Source of the DNA: an uncultured Gemmatimonadaceae bacterium
Lineage (GTDB): Bacteria > Gemmatimonadota > Gemmatimonadetes > Gemmatimonadales > Gemmatimonadaceae
Assembly: GCA_963781585.1 (NCBI GenBank)
Contig: CAWAGQ010000007.1
Location: 32,001 to 96,000, forward strand
Length of the DNA: 64,000 nucleotides
Reading direction: 5' to 3'
The notes beneath the pieces were generated by a model. The model was given only the letters and a program-made list of their open reading frames with translations. It did not search any database and was not told the origin of the DNA. A program made the translations under genes and the position numbers. Numbering within the stretch: the stretch's first letter is position 1; the number at the start of each line of letters is the position of its first letter. This document shows, one piece after another, positions 28,014-38,235 of this stretch.

Positions 28014-29918
28014 CTAGTTCTGTCCCGTCCGGGTCGCCGTGCGCATCCGCAGCCCGGGCGTGCATAACGATGCCAGGATCGTCGGAGTCTGACCGGCTGC
28101 CGTGATCGTCCAGTTCGACACGGCGTTCGCCGCCGGCGCCCACGAATCGTCCCACCCGTTCACACCGCCGAAGTCCGGCGTGACCAGCCCGACTGCCGCG
28201 CCGGTACCCGTCCAACCGACGGTGGCCGTCATCGACACCGTGTTCCGAACACCGGTCAGCGGGAAGTAGGTGAGCGCGACGAAGACGTTGTAGTCGGCCG
28301 CCAGAATGAACGCGCTGTTGAGCCGCTTGTACGCCCCCGACGCCTGAATGACCGCCGGCGCAATCTCCGGCGGCAGGTCGATCGCGCGATCCGCCATGGA
28401 GTGGAACACCTCGGTGACGCTCCGCGTGCCGGTCGTCGCTGTGGTCGCCCCGACGCTTACCATGTGCATGTCGCCCGCCCGCATCCTGGCGTCAGGAATG
28501 CCCACGAGCAGGAAGGGAGAAGTCGCCGGCGAGTACCCGGTGAGCGCCGACGCGTCGCACGACGCCCCGCTCAGGAACACCACGCTCGAGGTGATGATGC
28601 TGCCGGCCGCCACGCCGTTCAGGGTGAAGTTGCCCGTCGCGGCGGCAAACGACTCGGCGCCTGATACGTCGAGCGTGCCGACATTGGTGTTGTGCACCAG
28701 AGTCTGGTCCTGGCGAATGAGCCCCCGATCCTGCGCGCTCGGCGCCGACGTGCTGCGGAATACCACCAGATCGTGCGCCCCGTCGGGCACGTTGGACAGA
28801 GTGAAGTTGGGGAGAGCGGGCGATGCGATGCCGGGCCGCCCGCCCAGGTATACGTTCGCCGCCTCACCGCCGCTCAATCCCGCGACCGTGCCCGTGATCG
28901 TGCGCGTGGGCGGGGCCGCCGCGTTGCAGAAGTTCGTCGGCGCACCGCCGGCGCTGACCTCCGCGCGCGTCCCGAAGAAGACCGTCGTGCTGTGCGTGGC
29001 GCCCGCCTGTTGCGGCGTGACGTAGGCGTAGCCGCCTTTGGCCTGGGTGATCGTGAAGGTATACGTGTCATTCGTTCCTGTGACACGCACCCAGGTGCCC
29101 GACTCGCCGTCCAGGAACGCTACCCAGACTGGCCTCTGCGCGACGTTGCACTGCGAGAAGTTGAGCGTCACCGATCCGCTCCCGCCACCGGTGGCGGTGA
29201 TCGTGACCGCGACCGCTACCGTCTGTTGCGTGGCGCCGGAGGCTGTGCCGCGGACAGTGAGGTTGTACGTACCGGTCGCGAGGCTGGCGGTGGCCGTGAG
29301 CGTGAGCGTGGAGGTGGCGCCGGTGACGCTCGTGGGGTTGAGCGAGGGCGTGAGTCCTGCCGGCGCACCTTCGACGGTCAGAACAACCGCGCCCGCGAAT
29401 GGCGCGGTGCGGGAAATGGTGAGCGTGGTCTGCCCGTTGGCGCCTTGCGCGAGCGAGAGTGCCGCCTGACTGACCGAGAGCGTGAAGCTGCCGTTTCCTC
29501 CACCGCTGCTCGTGAGGCTGAGGGTGAGCGTGGCGCTGATCGTCTTGACGCCCGAACCGGATGCGCTGACGGTAACGGTGGATGATCCCGCGGTCGCCGA
29601 GTTTCCCCCCGCGAACGTGATGACGGCGGTGGTGGTCGTACCGTTCGTGTTCTGGGTGTTCGAGGCTACGGTCACTCCGGTCGGCAGGTTCGCCACGCTG
29701 AACGTCACCGCTCCGCTGAATGTGCCGGTCCGCGTGACCGTCGCCGTCACGGCACCTGTGCCTCCGATCGCGACGCTGACGACCGAGAGATCGAGCGACA
29801 TGGCAATCGAGCCCGAGCCCGGACCGGACGAATCACCTCCTCCCGAGCAGGCGAACAGCGCGCCGACGGCGAGGAGCGCTGCACGGCGGACTGCGCGAGC
29901 GAACGGCGTGGCGTGCAT
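28014..29918 (-). CDS. Thr/Gly/Ser-rich surface lipoprotein with tandem Ig-like domains
   Basis: Lipobox (ALFA-C), two repeated Ig-like units (vTvTRTg.F.GaV.l.v.nlP.G.T), AGGAG RBS. Confidence 0.8.
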   Translation of the reverse strand: MHATPFARAVRRAALLAVGALFACSGGGDSSGPGSGSIAMSLDLSVVSVAIGGTGAVTATVTRTGTFSGAVTFSVANLPTGVTVASNTQNTNGTTTTAVITFAGGNSATAGSSTVTVSASGSGVKTISATLTLSLTSSGGGNGSFTLSVSQAALSLAQGANGQTTLTISRTAPFAGAVVLTVEGAPAGLTPSLNPTSVTGATSTLTLTATASLATGTYNLTVRGTASGATQQTVAVAVTITATGGGSGSVTLNFSQCNVAQRPVWVAFLDGESGTWVRVTGTNDTYTFTITQAKGGYAYVTPQQAGATHSTTVFFGTRAEVSAGGAPTNFCNAAAPPTRTITGTVAGLSGGEAANVYLGGRPGIASPALPNFTLSNVPDGAHDLVVFRSTSAPSAQDRGLIRQDQTLVHNTNVGTLDVSGAESFAAATGNFTLNGVAAGSIITSSVVFLSGASCDASALTGYSPATSPFLLVGIPDARMRAGDMHMVSVGATTATTGTRSVTEVFHSMADRAIDLPPEIAPAVIQASGAYKRLNSAFILAADYNVFVALTYFPLTGVRNTVSMTATVGWTGTGAAVGLVTPDFGGVNGWDDSWAPAANAVSNWTITAAGQTPTILASLCTPGLRMRTATRTGQN

Positions 29919-30162
29919 GACTCCTCTGGCGCGAAGGTTGGCTACCCCAGTCAATGCGCCAAAGGCGGGCAGAAACCGTCAGCGGGGCGGCCGGCTCCTG
30001 GGCAGCGCCCGTTCGATCGGGTCGATCACGACCGCAACGTCAACGGAAGCCGGTGATCGGTTCACGATCAAAGAGGCCGGACTCCCGTCCGCGCGACGAA
30101 CTCGTCCCGATACACCATCCCGGGCGAGCCGACGCGTTCGACGCCAGGTCTGTTTCGCGCGC

Positions 30163-30435
30163 CTATTTGTACAGGGTGGAGAGGACCGCTCCGGCATCGG
30201 CGTCCTCGAGGACCGGCGTCGTCTGCAAGGGCAGGAATTCCGCCCACTCGGCCACCCAGGCGCAGAGCGCCTTTGCATCACTCGTGTCGACGACAGCGAA
30301 CCCGGCGCCGCTCATGCCGTGCCATCGGCCGATCAGGTTCACCCCTGCGGGCGGCATGCCGCCGCCCTTGAGGAAGCGCGCTACGGCCGGTCGAAAAGTG
30401 TTGGGTGGCAGGGACCAGGAAACGACGAATTTCAT
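30163..30435 (-). CDS. DUF3303 family protein
   Basis: MKFVVSW...RF...GG.PP.GV.LIGRWH...GFAVV...W...TPVLED pattern. Confidence 0.85.
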   Translation of the reverse strand: MKFVVSWSLPPNTFRPAVARFLKGGGMPPAGVNLIGRWHGMSGAGFAVVDTSDAKALCAWVAEWAEFLPLQTTPVLEDADAGAVLSTLYK

Positions 30436-32369
30436 GGCCGACTTTGGTCGGAGAGGACAACGTGCGTCTCGTTCACCGACCATACTTCCAGCCTCGCGTC
30501 AGCGCCAGACGTCAGGGCGCCAGCCGGCAAATTCAGGATCCGACGCCGCCATCCGGTGCCGGTGGCTCGGCATCCATCCGGCCGCGCACCATCGTCTCGG
30601 GAGTGCCGAGCAGGATGTGGTCCACCGCCTCGACTCTCTGCAGCGCAGAGCGATCCTGGTTGGACACCTCGTACCTCCGTGGTGTTTCGCGCCGAGGATT
30701 CCCGGCTGGCTGCCGCGAGCCGATGTCCCGCCTGGCGAATCACGTCGGGAGGCCGCACGCCGCGACGGATGTGCCACCACCAGCGGTTCGGCCCCGCACT
30801 ACCGCGCTCCAGCACCACGTGTCCCGAGGCCTCATCCACCCACGTTTGGCCGCCAATGCCGCGCTCGATGACCACTACCGCAATCGGCGCCTCCCTCTGC
30901 CACAGCGTGTCGCGACGAATGACGCGTAATGAGTCGAGTCGCGTCGCGACAGGATTGGGTCCGAACAGGCTGTAGACCGGCGCCACGAACTGCTGTCCTG
31001 CGGCCGGGTTGGCGGCGGCGATCGCCGCATGAATCGCGAGGCCTCCATAACGCTCGCCCGTCGCCGGAGCATCGAACAGCGCCGCCGGTTTCCCCGCCGG
31101 AACGACCCATCCGGTCACGCGATCGGCCGTAACGAGCATCGACGCCGAGTCACCGGGAGCGCGCACGGTTTCCACCTCGGTCGCCAGCGAACCGGGCGAC
31201 GTGCGCGAATACTGAATTGCCGTGACGGTGCCGAGCGAATCGAACCAGGTGTCCTGCAGCGCCCACCGCTGACCACTGGTGCGCGCGACAGCGCTTACCA
31301 CATAAGCTCCATTGCCGCGTCGTATTTCACCGCCCACCGAGCTCTCATAGGTGTCGAGGGTATCGGTTCCGACGGTCAGCGTAGCGGTTCGCAGATAGCC
31401 CAGGGGACCGGCGCCCGGACCGCCGGTGACCAGACGCTCGCGTCGCGTTGTGATGTCATACACGTAGATGCCCGACCACCCGTCCACCCGCTTCGCATAG
31501 GCAAGCTGCCGACCGTCAGGAGACGGTTTCACAGTCGGCACGACGGCGGCGTCCACCACTCGGCGCACCACGGTATCTCGCGCACCCTTCATATAGATGG
31601 CGCGTGCGCCATCGCGGTCGGACTCGAAAAAGGCAAACTGACCGCTCCTGGTCCAGATGGGAGCCGAATCGCCGGAGTGAATCCCGTCAACCGGCGACAA
31701 TCCCGATCCGTCAGTCCGGATCGCGACCGGGCGCTCGCCGTTCCGTGCCGCGCTCATGTCGGCCGGACTCATCTCCTTCCACAATCGCTTCGGATACGGC
31801 ACCTGACTGAACGTGATCGTCTTGCCGTCGGACGACCAGCGCGGTTCCTCCGCACCATACGAGGAGTCGGTGAGTTGCCGCATTCCGGAGCCGTCACTGT
31901 GAACGATGAACACGCGGTCGCGCGTCTCGCTGTTGTCAGGCCGGCCCTGGAAGACAATCTCCTGGCCGTCAGGCGAGAACGAGGCCTCGTAATATCCACC
32001 GCCCGCCGTATTCGTGAGTCGCGTCTGGCCGGAGCCGTCGGCATTCATCACGTACAGGTCGAGGTGTCCCGCCCGATCGGAGGAGAACACAATGCGGTGG
32101 CCGTCAGGCGACCAGTGGGGCTGCTCGTCGTTTGCGTCGTTCGTTGTCAGGGGCTGCAGTCCCGTGCCGTCCGCCGCTATGCGGTAGATGGAGAACTTGC
32201 CTTCGAGCGTGGATTCAAAGACCAGCGTGCGCCCATCGGGCGACCAGTCAGGGTTGTAGTACGCGATGGGCGTGGTCGGCAGCGTGACCTGCGCCGGGAG
32301 GCGCGCCCCGTACGCGACAGTCAGCACCGTGGTCATGACGACGAAGGACCTGAACATGCGCAGTCCCAT
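30432..32369 (-). CDS. Secreted TolB-like PD40 beta-propeller protein with a C-terminal domain
   Basis: Repeated P.WSPDG..IVF.S units and a signal peptide. The last ~100 codons look non-native. Confidence 0.85.
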   Translation of the reverse strand: MGLRMFRSFVVMTTVLTVAYGARLPAQVTLPTTPIAYYNPDWSPDGRTLVFESTLEGKFSIYRIAADGTGLQPLTTNDANDEQPHWSPDGHRIVFSSDRAGHLDLYVMNADGSGQTRLTNTAGGGYYEASFSPDGQEIVFQGRPDNSETRDRVFIVHSDGSGMRQLTDSSYGAEEPRWSSDGKTITFSQVPYPKRLWKEMSPADMSAARNGERPVAIRTDGSGLSPVDGIHSGDSAPIWTRSGQFAFFESDRDGARAIYMKGARDTVVRRVVDAAVVPTVKPSPDGRQLAYAKRVDGWSGIYVYDITTRRERLVTGGPGAGPLGYLRTATLTVGTDTLDTYESSVGGEIRRGNGAYVVSAVARTSGQRWALQDTWFDSLGTVTAIQYSRTSPGSLATEVETVRAPGDSASMLVTADRVTGWVVPAGKPAALFDAPATGERYGGLAIHAAIAAANPAAGQQFVAPVYSLFGPNPVATRLDSLRVIRRDTLWQREAPIAVVVIERGIGGQTWVDEASGHVVLERGSAGPNRWWWHIRRGVRPPDVIRQAGHRLAAASRESSARNTTEVRGVQPGSLCAAESRGGGPHPARHSRDDGARPDGCRATGTGWRRRILNLPAGALTSGADARLEVWSVNETHVVLSDQSRP

Positions 32370-32505
32370 TACTATGGATGTGGACCAGACCAGACCTCAG
32401 CAGGCTCCCAATTTGCGAACAACCGCGCCCGCCGCGTAGTGGATTGGTGCGCGAGTTGTCAGGGAGATGTGAAAAGCCGTGTTCCAGCAGCCGGAGGAGG
32501 GTCCC

Positions 32506-35139
32506 CTACTCGCTCCGGATCGCGGCGAGCGGCGACACGCGCGCCGCGCGCCACGCCGGCACCAGGGCCGCAGCCGTCGCTGCAGCCAGAAGCATGGCCG
32601 TCACGCCGGCGAACGCCACGGCATCGGTCGCCCCGATTCCGAACAGCAACGCCGCGATCCAGCGCGTAAGCACCAGCGCCGCGACAATTCCGACCGCGAC
32701 GCCGATCGCAGCCCGCTGCAGCGCGCGACGCAGCACGATGCCGAGAATGCGCCACGTCCCCGCACCGAGCGCGCGCCGGATCCCGATCTCTCCCCGGCGG
32801 CGCGAGACGTCCGCCGTGAAGACGCCGTAGATCCCGACGCCCGCCAGCAGCAGCGAGGTGAGCGAGAACGCGCCCAGCAGGAACGTGGTGAAGCGGTCGC
32901 GCGCGAGCGACCGGTCCACCAGATCCTGCAGCGGCTCGACGTTGTAGACCGCGGCCATGGGATCGATCGCGGCGCTCGCCTGCCGCAGTGCCTGCATGAG
33001 TACGGACGCGTCGACGGTTCCTCGCACCACGACGTCATTCACAAGGTCGGGATACCGGGCGCTGGCCAGATACGCGGTCGGGCGCGGCGGTGTCCGCGGA
33101 TTCACGAGATGCACGTCGCCTACCACGCCGATGATCTGCGCGTGTATTCCCCCGTTGAGGGTGATGTCCACCGCGCGGCCGACCGGAGTTGCGGGCAGCT
33201 CGAGCGCCTGGACAAGCGCCTTGCTCACCACCACCCGTGGCGGCCCGTCCGGTTGCTCGTGCGCGGCGAACGGCGTGCCCGCCAGCACGGGAATGCGCAG
33301 CGTCCCGAACAGCGCCGAATCGGCAAAGCGGATGTCTGCGATGGGAGATTCGGTGCCGGGCGCCGGCGGATGCGTCGGGTCGGTCACCCTGGTGGAGGGG
33401 GCACCGCCGCGGAACGGCCGCACGGTCACCACGCTCGCTGACTGCACGCCTGGTGCGGCTCGCAGCTGCGCAACCAGCCGGTCGAAGAAGCGGCGCTGCG
33501 CGTCGGCGGATGCATAACGATCACCGGTCAGGGCCACGCGGGCCGCCACGACCTGGCGTGCGTCGAATCCCAGGTTCACGGCGCGGAGATTGGCGAAGCT
33601 CCGCGCCATCAGACCCGCCAGCACGGTGAGCACCAGCGACAGCGCGATCTCGGCGGTGATGAGCGAACCGCCGCCGAGGCGCGAGGTCGCCCGCATGCGC
33701 GTGGCTCCCACCAGTGTCGCCGGAGTATCCGCGTCGCCTGCTCCCCGAAACGCGGCGACCGTGCCGAACACCAGCGTGGCGAGTGCGGTCGCGACGATCG
33801 CCGCCAGCAGCACGGTTGAATCAACCCGGATGGTATCGACGCGAGGGACGCCGGGGGGCATCAGGATCGTCAGCACACGCACGCCTGACGCGGCCACGCC
33901 AAGTCCCGCCGCGCAGCCGAGCGCGCCAAGCAGCGCGCTCTGGGTGAAGAGCTGCCGCGCCAGACGCGATGTCGTCGCGCCGACGGCGCGGCGGACCGCA
34001 AGCTCGTGCTCGCGCCGGCGGGTGAGACCCAGCGTGAGGTGGGCGACGTTGGTGACCGACATGAGGAGCAGGAGCAGTACGCCGCCGAGCAGGAGAAGCA
34101 GCGGGAGACGCACATCACCTGTGATCTCGCGGGCCAGGCCGTTGGCGGCGATGGACCATCCCTTCTGCTCGGGATTCTCGACTGCCAGCTGCGTTCCGAG
34201 ATCGGCGAGTTCGGCGTTGGCGACGTCGAGCGATACACCCGGCCGCAGACGCCCGACCACGTGCAGCACGTGTCCCCAGGAGCGATTCTGCGGCGACGCA
34301 CCGAACGGCAGCCAGAAGTCCTGCTCGTCGATCCATCCGTAGCGCGGTGGGTCGAATCCTTCCGGCATCACACCCACGACGGTGACCGGCTGGGCGTCGA
34401 TGATCAGCGATTGTCCGACGGCAGCGCTGTCGCCACCGAACCGGCGCTGCCAGTACGCGTGGCTCAGGATCACCACGCTGGCGCCGCCGTTCGCCGACTC
34501 GGCATCCGTGAATTCACGTCCGAGGGCCGGCGTCACACCGAGCATGCCAAAGTAGCCCGGCGACACCTGCACGCCACTCACACGTTCCACGGTGGAGCCG
34601 GTGCGCACCGTCACCGGGTCGGGGATGAGCGCCGCCATTCTGGTGAACACGCGCTGGCGCGCGCTCAACGCCTCGAAGTTCGCCACCGAAACGACGTTGT
34701 ACGCGCTGCTTCCGGTCCGGCGCTCCCACACCGCGACCAGTTGCTGCGGGTCGCGATAGGGAAGGGGGGTGAGCAGCACCGCATTCACCACACTGAAGAT
34801 GGCCGTGGCTGCGCCGATGCCGAGCGCGAACGTCGCGACCGCGGCGAACGAGAAGCCGGGGTTGCGGGCGAGGAGTCGCGTGCCGAACCGGAGGTCCTTG
34901 AGGAAATCCTCGGCCGCGCTGTTGCCGCGGGCGTGGCGCCCTTCTTCCTTGAAGCGCTCGATGCCGCCGAAAGCGACGAGGGCCGCGCGCCGCGCTGCGT
35001 CGGGCGCCATTCCGCGCGCGACGTAGTCGGCGGTTTCGCGCGCGATGTGATCGCGCATCTCGGCGTCCATCTCGCGCTCGACGGCGTCGCGCCGCGCCAC
35101 GAGGTGGAGGCGGTGGCGGATGCGCAGGATCCAGGTCAT
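32506..35139 (-). CDS. ADOP-type duplicated ABC permease
   Basis: EREMDAEMRDHI..RRAALVAFGG, DLRFGTRLLARNPGF, EIGIRRALGA, PAWRAARVSP.AAIRSE. Confidence 0.92.
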   Translation of the reverse strand: MTWILRIRHRLHLVARRDAVEREMDAEMRDHIARETADYVARGMAPDAARRAALVAFGGIERFKEEGRHARGNSAAEDFLKDLRFGTRLLARNPGFSFAAVATFALGIGAATAIFSVVNAVLLTPLPYRDPQQLVAVWERRTGSSAYNVVSVANFEALSARQRVFTRMAALIPDPVTVRTGSTVERVSGVQVSPGYFGMLGVTPALGREFTDAESANGGASVVILSHAYWQRRFGGDSAAVGQSLIIDAQPVTVVGVMPEGFDPPRYGWIDEQDFWLPFGASPQNRSWGHVLHVVGRLRPGVSLDVANAELADLGTQLAVENPEQKGWSIAANGLAREITGDVRLPLLLLLGGVLLLLLMSVTNVAHLTLGLTRRREHELAVRRAVGATTSRLARQLFTQSALLGALGCAAGLGVAASGVRVLTILMPPGVPRVDTIRVDSTVLLAAIVATALATLVFGTVAAFRGAGDADTPATLVGATRMRATSRLGGGSLITAEIALSLVLTVLAGLMARSFANLRAVNLGFDARQVVAARVALTGDRYASADAQRRFFDRLVAQLRAAPGVQSASVVTVRPFRGGAPSTRVTDPTHPPAPGTESPIADIRFADSALFGTLRIPVLAGTPFAAHEQPDGPPRVVVSKALVQALELPATPVGRAVDITLNGGIHAQIIGVVGDVHLVNPRTPPRPTAYLASARYPDLVNDVVVRGTVDASVLMQALRQASAAIDPMAAVYNVEPLQDLVDRSLARDRFTTFLLGAFSLTSLLLAGVGIYGVFTADVSRRRGEIGIRRALGAGTWRILGIVLRRALQRAAIGVAVGIVAALVLTRWIAALLFGIGATDAVAFAGVTAMLLAAATAAALVPAWRAARVSPLAAIRSE

Positions 35140-35200
35140 GGCCGGTGCGTTTGACGAATGGGAGCGAGGTGAGGTGGCCCGCGATGGCGACCCGGGGCGC

Positions 35201-35252
35201 GATACATTGACATTCGACAATACGGGGCCGTATTGTCGAATGTCAAGGTATC
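35201..35252. promoter_or_regulatory. 52-bp near-perfect palindrome containing back-to-back sigma70-like promoters/operators
   Basis: 25-bp arms with one mismatch (19-bp perfect core TTGACATTCGACAATACGG), 2-nt centre; TTGACA-N18-TATTGT reads on both strands. Confidence 0.7.
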
Positions 35253-35428
35253 TGGGGGAGAGGCCGCGGAGCCGAGTCGGTGTTGGCCATTCCCCCGCAG
35301 GCTGCCTGGGCTACGCCAGGCTCGGGCGGGGTCATGGGCGATTCTCCACACCCGCCGCCCACGCGTCCATCGTGCACCACTCTCGTTGCGTCCGGGTACT
35401 CGCGTCCCCGCTGACTCCAGTTTCAGAC

Positions 35429-36628
35429 TTACGGCAACCACTGATCGGGGGTCCAGCTGGTCTCCAGTCGCCCCGAGAAGAGCAGGAATCCCAGGCACAC
35501 CGCGTTGAACGTGACCGCGAATCCAAGCAGTCGCCAGCTCGTGGACTTTCGGAGCCTGGGCCAGCGGCGCGTCCAGCGCACCACCATGCTGTGCCCGATC
35601 AGCAGGGTCGCGTGATAGAGGCCGTAGAGGATGTAGCGCTGTTCGAGTCCGTGCCACGCTCCCATCAGGAGAAACGTCACCAGGAATCCGATGTGAGACG
35701 CGATGTACCGGTTTCCGCCAAACCAGCGCCCTCTGGCCGCGGCCATCGCGAACCGCATGTAGATGTGGTCCCGGAACCAGGTCGAGAGACTGATGTGCCA
35801 GCGATTCCAGAAGTCCACGATATTCACGGCCGCGAACGGACGATTGAAGTTCCCGGGCGTTCGCACCCCGAAGAACCGACTGACTCCGGTCGCGATTGCG
35901 CTGTAGCCGGCGAAATCGAAGAAGAGATAGGAACTGTAGACGTACATGTACTTCACAACGCCCACGAATCCGGGGGATTCGGCCCGAGGGAGCACGAGTT
36001 TCTGGATCAGGGCCGCAATCACGAACTTGTAGAGCAGGCCGCGAAAGATCTGGCTCACGCCTTCGTCGAACCCGGCCAGGAACGTCTGGCGCTCCGGTAC
36101 CGCACGATAGTCCTCGGCGAACCGCCGGTAGCGGTCAATCGGGCCGGAGGAGATGGTGGCCGGGAACATGAGATAGGCCAGGTAGGTCCCCGGCTCGATC
36201 CGCGTCTCCAGCCGGTCCTGCACGATGATCAGGGCATCGACGGCGCGGAAAGTCACGTACGAAATCCCGATGAATGCCGGTCCGGCGCCCGAGCCGGACG
36301 CGGTCATCACCTTGACCATGATGAGCGGCGCAGCACTGAGGACGATGGCGGCAGCGAAGACCCCCGTCGACTTGCGATGGGCGCGTGATCGCGCGAACGC
36401 GGCCACGAGACCCAGCTGGAACGCCGCGAACGCGACAGCGATCGCGAGTTCCGGGATGGCGTGACCCCGGAGGACGGTGTGACTCGGGCCGAAGTTGACG
36501 ACCGCCATGAGGACGGTCGCCGCGAGGATCCACCCCCGCCGGGAACGCCCGGCCATACCCAGGAACACCGCCGGCAAGCCGACGGTCAGGATGACGACGA
36601 AATAGGGAAGGTCGGTATAGGGAAGCAC
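35429..36628 (-). CDS. dltB: D-alanyl transfer MBOAT protein DltB
   Basis: GISYVTFR, ISSGPIDRYRRF, YLFFDFAGYS, NFNRPF, DFWNRWHISLS.WFRD, MGAWHG...YGLYH, all DltB-type MBOAT motifs. Confidence 0.92.
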   Translation of the reverse strand: MLPYTDLPYFVVILTVGLPAVFLGMAGRSRRGWILAATVLMAVVNFGPSHTVLRGHAIPELAIAVAFAAFQLGLVAAFARSRAHRKSTGVFAAAIVLSAAPLIMVKVMTASGSGAGPAFIGISYVTFRAVDALIIVQDRLETRIEPGTYLAYLMFPATISSGPIDRYRRFAEDYRAVPERQTFLAGFDEGVSQIFRGLLYKFVIAALIQKLVLPRAESPGFVGVVKYMYVYSSYLFFDFAGYSAIATGVSRFFGVRTPGNFNRPFAAVNIVDFWNRWHISLSTWFRDHIYMRFAMAAARGRWFGGNRYIASHIGFLVTFLLMGAWHGLEQRYILYGLYHATLLIGHSMVVRWTRRWPRLRKSTSWRLLGFAVTFNAVCLGFLLFSGRLETSWTPDQWLP

Positions 36629-36637
36629 GCCCGCTGC

Positions 36638-38107
36638 CTAACGCACCATCTGCGCGAGTGCCTGGCGATCCAGCTTTCCATTCGCGGTCATGGGCAGGGC
36701 GTCGAGGCAGAAGATCCGGCGCGGAATCATGTAGCCGGGCAGTCGTTCCGCCAGCCTGGCTTTGACAGACGCCGTGATGTCGCTCGCCCGGTCCGACGCC
36801 GGAGAATCCAGCACGACGAAGGCGGCCAGGGAATGCGGCAGACCGTTCCTCGGCACGACGACCGCCGCGGCGTGCTGGACGCCGGGCACGGCGCGCAACT
36901 GCGCTTCGACGTCGCCGAGTTCGATCCGATAGCCGTGCAGCTTGATCTGATCATCCTGCCGTCCATCGAAGAAAAGCAATCCGTCCTGGACGTGGCCCCG
37001 GTCCCCGGTGCGGTAGGCCCACTGCCCGTTCCAGCGAACGAACGCCCGGCCCGTCAGTTCGGGAGCGTGAAGATAGCCGGGGCTCACGTTGGGTCCGACG
37101 ACCAGGATCTCGCCCCGCTCTCCCGCCGGCTGCGACACCAGCTGGTCGTCAACCACGACGACCTGGCACCCTGGTGCTGGCCGGCCAACCGGAAGCGCCG
37201 GGTAACGGTGGAGCAGCCCCTGGTCGACACGCACCGAGGTGGTGGCGACGGTGGTCTCGGTTGGACCATACGTGTTCCAGACCTCGGCCGCAGGAAACCG
37301 CTTCAGCAGGGTCTCCGCGGTCCCGGGCGCGAGCGTCTCACCGCAGAAGAGCAACCTGGCAAGGCGCGGCAGCATCGCGGCATCGAAGCGCCGTTCGGTC
37401 AGACAGAACTGCGCGAAGGTCGGGGTGGATACCCAGGTCGTCAGGTCGGCGTTGGCCAGGATGCGAAAGGCCCGACGCGGATCCGCGACGTCTTCCCGGG
37501 TGAGACTCACGAGCGTTCCTCCCGTCACCAACGCCGGATACACGCTCATGACCGAGAGGTCAAAGGAGTAGACGGCCTGGTCGAGAAACCGCTCGCCGCC
37601 GGGAGCGAACCCGTGCTCCTCGACCATCCAGCCCACGAACTGCTCGAGGTTGGCGCGAGTAATGGGCACGCCCTTGGGGTCCCCGGTGCTGCCCGAGGTG
37701 AACATGATGTATTGCAGCTGCTCGCCGGCAGGCTGCACGGGGACTGCTGTACCGCCCTGGCGAACGATCCGGGCGATCTGGGAGGGGTCCAGGACGAGCG
37801 AGGCCCGAGCGAGCGCGATGATTCGTTGAACGCGCACGTCGGGGATTGCGCTATCGACCGGGACGTAGGGATGCCCGGCGAGCAGACAGCCGAGGAAGCC
37901 AACCAGCATCTCGGGCTCCTTGTGTCCCCGCACCAGGATCGGCGCACCCGGCGTCACACGTTGGGCGGCGATGAAACCGGCGACCGCGCGCGCGCCATCC
38001 GCCAGCGCTCCGTAAGTCAGCGTTCGACCCTCGCTTTCGAGCGCCGCGCGATCGGGAGTCGCTACGGCCCAGCGGTCCACGGCCGCGACGACATCGATCG
38101 GGATCAA
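36638..38107 (-). CDS. dltA: D-alanine--D-alanyl carrier protein ligase DltA
   Basis: Stand-alone adenylation domain: FTSGSTG.PKGV, SFDLSVM, LFCGE, NTYGPTE, YRTGD, QIKLHGYRIELG, LPMTANGKLDR. Confidence 0.93.
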   Translation of the reverse strand: MIPIDVVAAVDRWAVATPDRAALESEGRTLTYGALADGARAVAGFIAAQRVTPGAPILVRGHKEPEMLVGFLGCLLAGHPYVPVDSAIPDVRVQRIIALARASLVLDPSQIARIVRQGGTAVPVQPAGEQLQYIMFTSGSTGDPKGVPITRANLEQFVGWMVEEHGFAPGGERFLDQAVYSFDLSVMSVYPALVTGGTLVSLTREDVADPRRAFRILANADLTTWVSTPTFAQFCLTERRFDAAMLPRLARLLFCGETLAPGTAETLLKRFPAAEVWNTYGPTETTVATTSVRVDQGLLHRYPALPVGRPAPGCQVVVVDDQLVSQPAGERGEILVVGPNVSPGYLHAPELTGRAFVRWNGQWAYRTGDRGHVQDGLLFFDGRQDDQIKLHGYRIELGDVEAQLRAVPGVQHAAAVVVPRNGLPHSLAAFVVLDSPASDRASDITASVKARLAERLPGYMIPRRIFCLDALPMTANGKLDRQALAQMVR

Positions 38108-38235
38108 AAGCCCTGATAGATGAAGTTCGGCGGCGCGGCCGTCCGGAACGAGTCGACGGCCATGATCGCCAGCAGGATGGCGATGTAATAAGCGACGCGG
38201 AGCGTCAGGCTGGCGAGGCTAGCGAAGCGAATCAT
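38104..38235 (-). CDS. dltX: DltX D-alanyl shuttle peptide (43 aa; absent from the ORF track)
   Basis: Hand translation MIRFASLASLTLRVAYYIAILLAIMAVDSFRTAAPPNFIYQGF*: one TM helix and a C-terminal FIYxxF motif. Stop overlaps the dltA start. Confidence 0.9.
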   Translation of the reverse strand: MIRFASLASLTLRVAYYIAILLAIMAVDSFRTAAPPNFIYQGF

